In this document: one piece after another, positions 8,221-15,637 of the stretch
How positions within the stretch are numbered: position 1 is the stretch's first letter
Layout: the number at the start of each line of letters is the position of its first letter
Assembly (NCBI GenBank): GCA_902786595.1
Contig: CADADB010000001.1
Coordinates: 3,172-67,171, forward strand
Source: an uncultured Bacteroidota bacterium
GTDB lineage: Bacteria; Bacteroidota; Bacteroidia; Bacteroidales; WCHB1-69
Direction of reading: 5' to 3'
Length of the DNA stretch: 64,000 bases
Position numbers and translations under genes: made by a program
Notes under the pieces: model-generated
What the model was told of the DNA's origin: nothing
The model's input: only the letters and a program-made list of their open reading frames with translations
The model's database searches: none

Positions 8221-9297
8221 TCAACAATAATCGTCCATACAATCACCACCCATCCATGCTTTACCTTGTTCAAGCGTGAAATATTTTCTTCCACCTATCT
8301 CTTCAAAAAACGTATGTCGATTTATATGCAAAAAACAATTGTCATGCATGACGATTTCTGTGACTCCCCACCGTTTTACTGCTTCTGGATCAGGGTTTTC
8401 CGTTAAAACCCATAAATGCTGTTTGTCATCAGATATCGCAAAATCTAAAACAACTGATTCTCCATAATGATTGCGGGAAAACAACGTATTTGTTTCCAAA
8501 TTATTAAAATAATCCTCAATAGGGGTATTTGATATGTTAACAGGACAACACACGAATTCTGTAGGTGTATTCCAATCTCCTTGCAAAGCATTTGATGTTA
8601 ATGAATCTCTCAAAACAAAAGAACGTGTCTTGCCCGTTATAGAAGTTACTGACACTTCTGCATCAGGAGGGAGATTATTTTGGGAACTGTTGGTATGTGT
8701 GAAATCTGGTTTTTGAGGTTGAGTGAACAACCATTCACCAAACCTTCCCTTGCTCTCCGTAGCTTCAATGTTTGGTTTTGATACCCAATTCATAATGCGA
8801 TCATAACAGGCCTTCGCTTCTTCTTTTGAAACAGTACGCATCCACGCAACATCTTGGTTTGTGCCCGTAATATCACGTAAGCAACATGGATCATTTATGA
8901 AATTTTCAATACTGCCGCAAAGGAACTCAATTTTTTTACGTGTGGCAGGGTTCAGGAGAGCATTTTCTAATCGGGTAAGCCAACGTAGGTTTTCTGGACG
9001 ATTGTTACAACGATTAGTGTCAATATGATCTACAACCATGTGAGATTGTGGTTCCGGGCCATGAAAGGCTGTACATACGATTTGATGAACTCGAACGTTG
9101 CCTGAAAAAATCATATAACCATTTTTGTTCTTTGAGCCAAACGTCCAAAAATCATCTTTTTTCCTTTTAGGCTTATCCTTTTGTTTGTGACGACAAACTG
9201 CTCCATTATCTCTCACAGAGTAATGTTCTCCCTTGTAATCACATTCTTTGACTTCTACATAACCGAAGTCAGGAGTAATTTTTTCAGGATCATACAT
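8221..9297 (-). CDS. HNH endonuclease domain protein with a large unassigned C-terminal domain (islet gene C)
   Basis: The N-terminal third carries an HNH_3-type motif, HQIVCTAFHGPEPQSHMVVDHIDTNRCNNRPENLRWLTRLEN, preceded by a YSVRDNGAVCR beta-hairpin as in homing-type HNH enzymes. The C-terminal ~220 aa are Cys-rich with no recognisable family. Confidence 0.7.
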   Translation of the reverse strand: MYDPEKITPDFGYVEVKECDYKGEHYSVRDNGAVCRHKQKDKPKRKKDDFWTFGSKNKNGYMIFSGNVRVHQIVCTAFHGPEPQSHMVVDHIDTNRCNNRPENLRWLTRLENALLNPATRKKIEFLCGSIENFINDPCCLRDITGTNQDVAWMRTVSKEEAKACYDRIMNWVSKPNIEATESKGRFGEWLFTQPQKPDFTHTNSSQNNLPPDAEVSVTSITGKTRSFVLRDSLTSNALQGDWNTPTEFVCCPVNISNTPIEDYFNNLETNTLFSRNHYGESVVLDFAISDDKQHLWVLTENPDPEAVKRWGVTEIVMHDNCFLHINRHTFFEEIGGRKYFTLEQGKAWMGGDCMDDYC

Positions 9298-9309
9298 GAC
9301 TTTAGTCTA

Positions 9310-9891
9310 TTATAAATCATCAATTGCCGAATTGGTCACCTTTTCTGTATTGATTTTGTCCCAATAGGACAATCGTACGAAGCATGAGGAAAAATCAGCA
9401 TGTTCTATAGCCAACTCTATGTCTCCTTTTTCAGTCTTCCATGTGGCAACATATACGCAGCGATCCATTTTGACTTCAAGCATTCTCATATTGTCGTCAC
9501 GTGGTTCGGAATAGGTATCAAATTTCTCAATATTCTCAGTGGGTTCTCCATACTTTTGAATCAGCATTTCTTTTAACCGACTATAATTCCCATAAAGTTG
9601 CGACCATGTGTCACAGTCGGAAAACATTACTGCCACTTTATTTACAGTATTTGTGCTTTTGGAACTCACGGCTCCTATAGTGCAATCTTTGTATGCAGCA
9701 AATTCTCCGCTAAATAATGCCACACCATCTTGTGTTCCAAGATGTGTGAACCCTTTCTGTTTCATTTTTGCAGTAAAATCGCTTAGGCTTCCGTCAATGG
9801 GAATACCCTTGAACGTCATGTGATTATTGCTTTGAGCGAAGGCGGGTGTCAAAAATGCAATCGACAAAAGAATGAATAATAACTTTTTCAT
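9310..9891 (-). CDS. Secreted hypothetical protein (islet gene B)
   Basis: I trimmed the TTG-start track ORF to the ATG at 9891. The signal peptide is MKKLLFILLSIAFLTPAFAQ. No family assigned. Confidence 0.6.
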   Translation of the reverse strand: MKKLLFILLSIAFLTPAFAQSNNHMTFKGIPIDGSLSDFTAKMKQKGFTHLGTQDGVALFSGEFAAYKDCTIGAVSSKSTNTVNKVAVMFSDCDTWSQLYGNYSRLKEMLIQKYGEPTENIEKFDTYSEPRDDNMRMLEVKMDRCVYVATWKTEKGDIELAIEHADFSSCFVRLSYWDKINTEKVTNSAIDDL

Positions 9892-9906
9892 AACAATCAA
9901 ATATAA

Positions 9907-10545
9907 TCAATATAATCGTTTAGGTAATTTTGCGTATTGAAGACAATTGTCTTTCACAAAGCGCATCGTGTTTTCCCACATCTTTTCGGACTTGTAATCA
10001 AGTTCTATGTCAATGAACACGGAACCGAAAAGTGTATTCTCCACAATATCAATAGGCACATTGTCCGGAGTATTTAAGGTCTGTACAGCAAATAGTGGAT
10101 TCTTAAGAATATTCGCTTTATCTATCCAACGCATTCCAATCGTAAAGCACACCATATAGCCCGGAAGAATCATATCCGGAAAAGCAACACTGTTTTCTCC
10201 CGTCATCTCATTTTTGTTAAACGTGATACAATTTCTCATTCCAATTCGTGTCAATACATCAGGCATTGTCTCAAAAAACTGAGAAACGGCGTTTCTATTT
10301 GTTTTATCTTTTTCAGATTCTTCAACAGTGAATTCTGCTAATTCGGGTTCTTCAGCCAAATCCTTAAAATAGTTGTGTTTTAGTACTTTAGAGATTCTTG
10401 CGAGTAATTTAATGTCTAAATTATTCCGTTTGAAGATGTCATATACATTATTCCTTTTACAGCATATTGCATCCGCAAATTCGGTAATATTCCATTCTTG
10501 CTTTCGCACTTCATTTTCTATTCGATTGCCAATAGTCTCTTCCAT
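9907..10545 (-). CDS. Helix-turn-helix (XRE-like) DNA-binding protein with an unassigned C-terminal domain (islet gene A)
   Basis: The N-terminus IGNRIENEVRKQEWNITEFADAICCKRNNVYDIFKRNNLDIKLLARISKVLKHNYF fits an HTH_3-like fold seen in Bacteroidales regulators. A TATTTTTG box lies upstream on the minus strand near 10575. Confidence 0.65.
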   Translation of the reverse strand: MEETIGNRIENEVRKQEWNITEFADAICCKRNNVYDIFKRNNLDIKLLARISKVLKHNYFKDLAEEPELAEFTVEESEKDKTNRNAVSQFFETMPDVLTRIGMRNCITFNKNEMTGENSVAFPDMILPGYMVCFTIGMRWIDKANILKNPLFAVQTLNTPDNVPIDIVENTLFGSVFIDIELDYKSEKMWENTMRFVKDNCLQYAKLPKRLY

Positions 10546-10677
10546 GATTTATTTGGTTTAAAATTATAGCGCAAAAATAGATTTTCTCCAAATATCATTA
10601 CAAAAAGAGGTGTATCATATTATTGTACAAAATGTTTTGGCAATTTTGTCGTCAAAAACAAGAAAATCTATTCCGTT

Positions 10678-10705
10678 GTAGAGACGCAATGCATTGCGTC
10701 TCTAC
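10678..10705. repeat. 28-nt perfect palindrome GTAGAGACGCAATGCATTGCGTCTCTAC (REP-like family, variant 2)
   Basis: The sequence equals its own reverse complement. It overlaps the rsmA stop codon (10702-10704). Confidence 0.9.
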
Positions 10706-11460
10706 AATTTCCCCGTCAAATATTCGAAATCCCCCAGCGACAGCTGCTCCGCGCGTTTCGTGAACAGCGGCTCGGTATCCACGAAGGCCTTGTCGAAGGG
10801 CAGCGATTGTAGGGCGTTGCGGAGGGTCTTGCGGCGGTAGTTGAAGGCGGTCTTCACTACTGTACGGAAGGTCTTCTCGTCGCAGTTCAGCTTCTTGTCG
10901 AAGTTGCGGGTGAGGCGGATGACGGCGGACTTCACCTGCGGCGGCGGGGTGAACTCGTGCTCTCCTACGGTGAAGAGGTATTCGGCATCGTAATATGCTT
11001 GCAGCAAGACGCTTAGGATGCCGTACTGCTTGTTGCCCGCGTGGGCGCACACCCGCTCGGCCACCTCCTTCTGGAACATACCCACCACTTCCACCACGGT
11101 CTCTTTCTCGTCCAACACCTTGAACAGAATCTGCGAGGAGATGTTGTAAGGAAAATTGCCGACAATCACTTTCGGGCCGTCATAAAACGAGGCCAACGGA
11201 TATTGCAGGAAGTCGCCGTGAATCAGATTGTTACCCAATTCCGGATAGTGAACTTTCAGATAGTCAACGGATTCCTCGTCCAGCTCGATGACGGCGAACT
11301 GCGGGAACTCGCGTTGCAGGAGATACTGCGTGAGCACGCCCATACCGGGTCCGATCTCTAACACATGCGCGTCGGGCGTGCGGATGGCGTCGGCGATGTC
11401 CTGCGCAATCGCTTGGTTATTCAGAAAATGCTGTCCTAATCGTTTCTTTGCTCGTACCAT
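10702..11460 (-). CDS. rsmA: 16S rRNA (adenine1518-N6/adenine1519-N6)-dimethyltransferase
   Basis: KKRLGQHFL start and the SAM-binding motif VLEIGPGMGVLT. Length is 252 aa. Confidence 0.9.
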   Translation of the reverse strand: MVRAKKRLGQHFLNNQAIAQDIADAIRTPDAHVLEIGPGMGVLTQYLLQREFPQFAVIELDEESVDYLKVHYPELGNNLIHGDFLQYPLASFYDGPKVIVGNFPYNISSQILFKVLDEKETVVEVVGMFQKEVAERVCAHAGNKQYGILSVLLQAYYDAEYLFTVGEHEFTPPPQVKSAVIRLTRNFDKKLNCDEKTFRTVVKTAFNYRRKTLRNALQSLPFDKAFVDTEPLFTKRAEQLSLGDFEYLTGKL

Positions 11461-11633
11461 ATTTGTAGATTTGAGACTTGAGACTTAAGACTTATCTTTT
11501 GAAGAAAAAAGATATTTGTCATAAATTCCATTTCGTCCGTTTTCTGCCCAAAGTCTTGCGTCTTACATCTTACGTCTAATTATCCGGCAAAGATACACAA
11601 TTTTGTAACCTTTTGTTTGTTTTGCATCTTTAT

Positions 11634-11661
11634 GTAGAGACGTTTCATGAAACGTCTCTAC
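11634..11661. repeat. 28-nt perfect palindrome GTAGAGACGTTTCATGAAACGTCTCTAC (REP-like family, variant 1)
   Basis: Self-complementary and identical to the copies at 34840 and 45744. It lies in a divergent intergenic region. Confidence 0.9.
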
Positions 11662-11732
11662 AACGTCAATTTAATCTGTCTGTGTATATTCGTAATTTAT
11701 GTACATTTGCACCCATAATAAAAGATGCCGTT

Positions 11733-12140
11733 ATGTTCAAAAACCTCAAAGAGAAAAAACAGAAACTGCTCCGATTCTTGTTCGGATCGTTTTCTTTCAC
11801 CGCGCTGATGTTCGCGTTTCAAGCTTGTTACGGAATGCCTGGGAATCAGATGGAAGCCGTTATTAACGGTAGAGTATCCGATGTGGAAACCAATGAACCT
11901 GTTGAAGGACTGCTGGTTTTATCTGAAGAGGTCAGTTTTGTAGATACCACAGACCATAATGGGGTTTTCTCTGCCATGGAGAAACGCTATCTGTATGACA
12001 TGGAAGAATTCCGTTTTACCGTCACGGACATTGACAGTACTGAACACGGACAGTACGAAACCTTGGACACCATGGTTTATGGTTCTGATTTGACTCGTCC
12101 ACTGCAATTTAGAGTCAAGAAAGTTTCTGACGCTCAATAA
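11733..12140 (+). CDS. Small lipoprotein partner of the radical SAM/SPASM enzyme
   Basis: I trimmed track ORF 11613..12140, which read through the palindrome, to the ATG at 11733 downstream of a TACATTTG box. The lipobox is LMFAFQAC. VINGRVSDVETNEPVEGLLV...DHNGVF resembles a carboxypeptidase-regulatory-like beta-sandwich. Confidence 0.7.
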   Translation: MFKNLKEKKQKLLRFLFGSFSFTALMFAFQACYGMPGNQMEAVINGRVSDVETNEPVEGLLVLSEEVSFVDTTDHNGVFSAMEKRYLYDMEEFRFTVTDIDSTEHGQYETLDTMVYGSDLTRPLQFRVKKVSDAQ

Positions 12141-12141
12141 G

Positions 12142-13188
12142 ATGAGTGCTTTCAAGCGTTTTCTGTTCCGTGTGTTTCGGAAGAATGAGACCGAAATACA
12201 CGAATTGAACTATCTCTTTTGGGAGTGCACGTGGCGGTGCAATCTTTCGTGTCGCCATTGCGGGTCGGATTGCAAATCGGAGACCCGTGTGGCGGACATG
12301 CCGTTCGCCGATTTCCTCCGCGCCATCGAGCCCTTGGAGCAACGCTATCCCCGCGACACCGTCATCATCGCCATCACCGGCGGGGAACCGCTATTGCGCG
12401 AGGACTTGGCCGACTGCGGACGCACCCTCCGACAACACGGATTCCGCTGGGGCATTGTCACTAACGGGATGCTCTATGACGAGGCACGTCATCGCGAGTT
12501 GGTAGCTGCCGGACTGAGCTCTGTCACCGTCAGTTTGGACGGGTTGGAGGAAACACACAATTGGTTACGGCAGCATCCGCAGAGTTTCCAACGGGCATTG
12601 CGGGCGTTGCGACTCATCGCTAACGAGCCGCGGCTGAACTACGACGTTGTCACCTGTGTGCATAAACGGAACCTGCCAGAGTTACAGCGGCTCAAAGAAC
12701 TGCTCATCGCCAATGGGATTCGGTACTGGCGGCTGTTCACCATCGCCCCCATCGGACGGGCGGCGGGCGACTCGGAGTTAATGCTGAGCCGTTCTCAAGT
12801 GGAAGAGATGCTGCAGTTCATCGCTGACACACGACGCGAAGGCAAAATTAACCTGACCTTCAGTTGCGAGGCCTATACAGGAAAGTATGAGGAAGAAGTG
12901 CGCGACAGCTATTTCTTCTGCCGCGCCGGCATCAACATCGGGTCCGTGTTGCTGAATGGCGACATTTCCGCCTGTCCGAACATCAACCGATCATTCCGAC
13001 AAGGCAACATTTATCACGATAACCTGCTGGATGTTTGGGACAACCGCTTCCAAATCATGCGCGACCGCGATTGGATGCGGTGCGGCATGTGCGCCTCCTG
13101 CAAGGATTACAAGCAATGTCTGGGCGGTGCCATGCACCTGCGACCGGCCGAAGGCGAACCGATCCTGCGGTGCTATAATTTCAGATAA
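12142..13188 (+). CDS. Radical SAM enzyme with a SPASM/twitch-type C-terminal Cys cluster
   Basis: The CX3CX2C motif is CNLSCRHC, with GGEPLL. The C-terminal cluster is ...FFCRAG...ACPN...CGMCASCKDYKQC. The ATG lies 1 nt after the upstream stop. Confidence 0.8.
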   Translation: MSAFKRFLFRVFRKNETEIHELNYLFWECTWRCNLSCRHCGSDCKSETRVADMPFADFLRAIEPLEQRYPRDTVIIAITGGEPLLREDLADCGRTLRQHGFRWGIVTNGMLYDEARHRELVAAGLSSVTVSLDGLEETHNWLRQHPQSFQRALRALRLIANEPRLNYDVVTCVHKRNLPELQRLKELLIANGIRYWRLFTIAPIGRAAGDSELMLSRSQVEEMLQFIADTRREGKINLTFSCEAYTGKYEEEVRDSYFFCRAGINIGSVLLNGDISACPNINRSFRQGNIYHDNLLDVWDNRFQIMRDRDWMRCGMCASCKDYKQCLGGAMHLRPAEGEPILRCYNFR

Positions 13189-13221
13189 TGGTTATGGGTT
13201 AGAGGTTATTGGTTATTGAAG
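13183..13221. repeat. C-free copy (reverse orientation) of the junction element: TAATGGTTATGGGTTAGAGGTTATTGGTTATTGAAG
   Basis: It begins at the stop codon of the radical SAM gene. It is the reverse complement of the TTCAATAACC...ATAACCATT element. Confidence 0.85.
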
Positions 13222-13383
13222 CCAGGGTTATAGTCAATAGTTTATAGTTTATCGTACGATTTGGGTTCGTTTGTTGTGCAATAAAACCAGTTTAACGAAT
13301 CCAATATAGAAAGATTTTATATATTTGCCACTTTAGTGGATAAAAATTAAGTATCTGAATATCAATCTAATAATATAAAAACT

Positions 13384-14583
13384 ATGCCGAAAATTTCCAA
13401 AAAAGGTGCAAGCATGCAGTCTTCCCCTATCCGGAAGCTCGTCCCGTTCTCTGATGCCGCCAAAGCTCGTGGCATCCATGTCTATCATTTGAACATCGGT
13501 CAGCCCGACATCGAGACCCCGAAAGGCGCTCGTGATGCGGTGCGCAACGCCGACATCCCGGTGATTGCCTACAGCCACTCCGCCGGTAACATCAGCTACC
13601 GCAAGAAATTAGTGGAGTACTACCACAGCGTGGGCATCGAGATCACTCCCGATGAGATTATCGTCACCACCGGCGGCAGCGAAGGCCTCCTTTTTGCCTT
13701 CAACAGCTGCATGGATCCCGGTGACGAGATCATCATCCCGGAACCTTTCTATGCTAACTACAATGCTTTCGCCACGATGTGCGGCGTGGTGGTGAAACCC
13801 ATCGTCTCCACGATTGAGAACGGCTTTGCGCTGCCTTCCATCGAGGATTTCGAGAAGGTCATCACCCCGAAGACGAAAGCCATCATGATCTGTAACCCCA
13901 ACAACCCCACTGGCTACCTCTATTCCAAGGAGGAAGTTCTGAAGCTGGGTGAGATCGCCAAGAAGCACGATCTCTTCCTCTTCGCCGATGAGGTCTATCG
14001 TGAATTCTGTTACGATGGCGCACAGCATTTCTCCGTCATGGAGTTGACCGACATTGCTGACAATGTGGTGCTTTTGGACTCTGTGTCAAAGCGTTACAGT
14101 GCATGCGGCGTACGTGTGGGTGCTTTCATCACGCATAACAAGGAGGTTTACAATACCGCGATGAAGATGGCGCAGGCCCGTCTGAGCCCGCCGTCCTACG
14201 GTCAGATCCTCGGCGAGGCTGCCGTTGACACCCCGAAAGTCTATTTCGACAGCGTCAACAAAGAGTATGTGGCCCGCAGAAACACCATCGTGAACGGCGT
14301 GAACGCTATCCCTGGCTGCTTCGTCCCGATGCCGAAGGGTGCCTTCTACTGCGTCGCCCGTCTGCCCATCGACGACTCCGACCGCTTCTGCCGCTGGCTG
14401 CTCGAAGACTTCAGCTACAACGGTGCCACGGTGATGTTCGCTCCTGCCACCGGCTTCTATTCCAAGAAAGGCCAAGGCGTTAACGAGGTGCGTATCAGCT
14501 ACTGCCTCAACGTCTCCGACTTGGAGAAAGCTGTTGAGTGCCTCCGCGAAGCCCTCAAGGTCTATCCAGGACGCACGAACTAA
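13384..14583 (+). CDS. Class I/II PLP-dependent aminotransferase (aspartate/aromatic aminotransferase-like)
   Basis: 399 aa with an SPIRKL N-terminus and NPNNPTG. The PLP lysine context is SVSKRYSACGVRVG. Confidence 0.8.
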   Translation: MPKISKKGASMQSSPIRKLVPFSDAAKARGIHVYHLNIGQPDIETPKGARDAVRNADIPVIAYSHSAGNISYRKKLVEYYHSVGIEITPDEIIVTTGGSEGLLFAFNSCMDPGDEIIIPEPFYANYNAFATMCGVVVKPIVSTIENGFALPSIEDFEKVITPKTKAIMICNPNNPTGYLYSKEEVLKLGEIAKKHDLFLFADEVYREFCYDGAQHFSVMELTDIADNVVLLDSVSKRYSACGVRVGAFITHNKEVYNTAMKMAQARLSPPSYGQILGEAAVDTPKVYFDSVNKEYVARRNTIVNGVNAIPGCFVPMPKGAFYCVARLPIDDSDRFCRWLLEDFSYNGATVMFAPATGFYSKKGQGVNEVRISYCLNVSDLEKAVECLREALKVYPGRTN

Positions 14584-14668
14584 TGTTGGCTATTAGCTAT
14601 TGGCTGCTGGCAGGTGATTAGCATCTAAATACCAAAAGCTAATGGCTAAAAGCCAAAAGCCATATTCG
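14584..14668. repeat. STR block built from TTGGCTAT/TAGCTAT and AAAAGCC/AATGGCT words
   Basis: ttggctattagctattggctgctgg...ccaaaagctaatggctaaaagccaaaagcc, immediately after the stop codon. The same words recur at 47934-47950. Confidence 0.75.
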
Positions 14669-14703
14669 GCAGATGTCAAATATGAATTATTCAGATCAGA
14701 TTT

Positions 14704-15558
14704 ATGATTAATTTTAAGCATACCGAAAAAGATGTGGCAGGTGGTCGCCTGCTGCATCTTTTTCTCTTTTTTGCGGCGGTATTCGTCTTCCTGTTCCCTG
14801 AAAACATTGTCGCGCAACGGAGCAAACCGGTCTATCAGACGGATTTTTCCAGCAAGGACTATGTGGACACTGCCGCGCCGATGATTTGGTTGGATGCGCA
14901 CATGGCCTACCATTTCCCGATGGGCAATTTGCGTACCATGTTCAAGAACAATTTTGCTGTCGGACCGGGATTTACGTTCAAGTCAAAGTCAAATTGGACG
15001 GTCGGTTTCCATTTCGACTACATGTTCAATGCGAACATGCGCGACCCGAATTTCTTCAACGGTACGCTGGCCAATGAAGACGGCATCGTCATTGACGGCA
15101 ACGGGCTGGTGTCGCCGGGTGGCATCACAGCGGAAGGGCGTTACTGGACTCTCCAGGCCGATTTCGGCAAAATCATCCCTGTTGACCGATGGAAAAACTC
15201 TGGCATCTGGCTGCGCATCGGCGGGGGCTATTTCAGCCACCGACTGCGGCTCGACGACTTCGGCAAACAATACCCGCAATTAGACGGCAATTACGCGAAG
15301 GGTTACGACCGCCGGTCGGGAGGTTTTGTCCTCAGTCAGTTCATCGGATACCAGTTTGTGCGCAAAAACCGTATGCTGAATTTCTTCATTGGAGTTGAAT
15401 TTCATGAGATGTGGACCAAGCCGAACCGCAATTACGTCTTTTATGAAGGTCCCACGGAAGGCATGACAGCCAAATTCAGTGGTTTGATCGGATTCAAGGC
15501 GGGCTGGAATATCCCGCTCTATGAACGGAAAACAACGACCACGTTTTATTATCGATGA
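14704..15558 (+). CDS. Hypothetical secreted protein, probable outer-membrane beta-barrel
   Basis: Signal peptide (FPENIVAQ) and alternating aromatic/Gly-rich strands. It ends in an aromatic-rich tail (TFYYR). No family assigned. Confidence 0.5.
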   Translation: MINFKHTEKDVAGGRLLHLFLFFAAVFVFLFPENIVAQRSKPVYQTDFSSKDYVDTAAPMIWLDAHMAYHFPMGNLRTMFKNNFAVGPGFTFKSKSNWTVGFHFDYMFNANMRDPNFFNGTLANEDGIVIDGNGLVSPGGITAEGRYWTLQADFGKIIPVDRWKNSGIWLRIGGGYFSHRLRLDDFGKQYPQLDGNYAKGYDRRSGGFVLSQFIGYQFVRKNRMLNFFIGVEFHEMWTKPNRNYVFYEGPTEGMTAKFSGLIGFKAGWNIPLYERKTTTTFYYR

Positions 15559-15637
15559 GACGATAAAGCGATGAGACGATGAAACGATGAGACGATAAAG
15601 CGATGAAACGATGAGACGATGAAACGATAAAACGATG
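15552..15637. repeat. Ten tandem 8-mers RARRCGAT (gagacgat/aaagcgat/gaaacgat/aaaacgat)
   Basis: Strict 8-nt periodicity from the upstream stop codon (TGA 15556) to the waaA ATG (15635). Both codons are formed by repeat units. Confidence 0.9.

Noticed and set aside
8028-8294. 88-aa minus-strand ORF covering the G9/C9 tract (encodes ..PYPPPH..)
   Set aside because: It overlaps the 3' end of the HNH gene in another frame, has no promoter or family resemblance, and depends on the homopolymer frame.
7330-10677. Direct repeats or att-like sites flanking the AT-rich islet
   Set aside because: By eye I found only weak similarities (aatgtttgg versus aatgttttgg). No tRNA fragment or integrase is present. 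The evidence is insufficient to call an integrated element boundary.
15552-15637. Possibility that the tandem-repeat tracts (also 47934-48067 and 61894-61943) are CRISPR arrays
   Set aside because: The units are 6-14 nt with no intervening unique spacers, and there is no repeat of 24-48 nt. No cas genes occur in the window.
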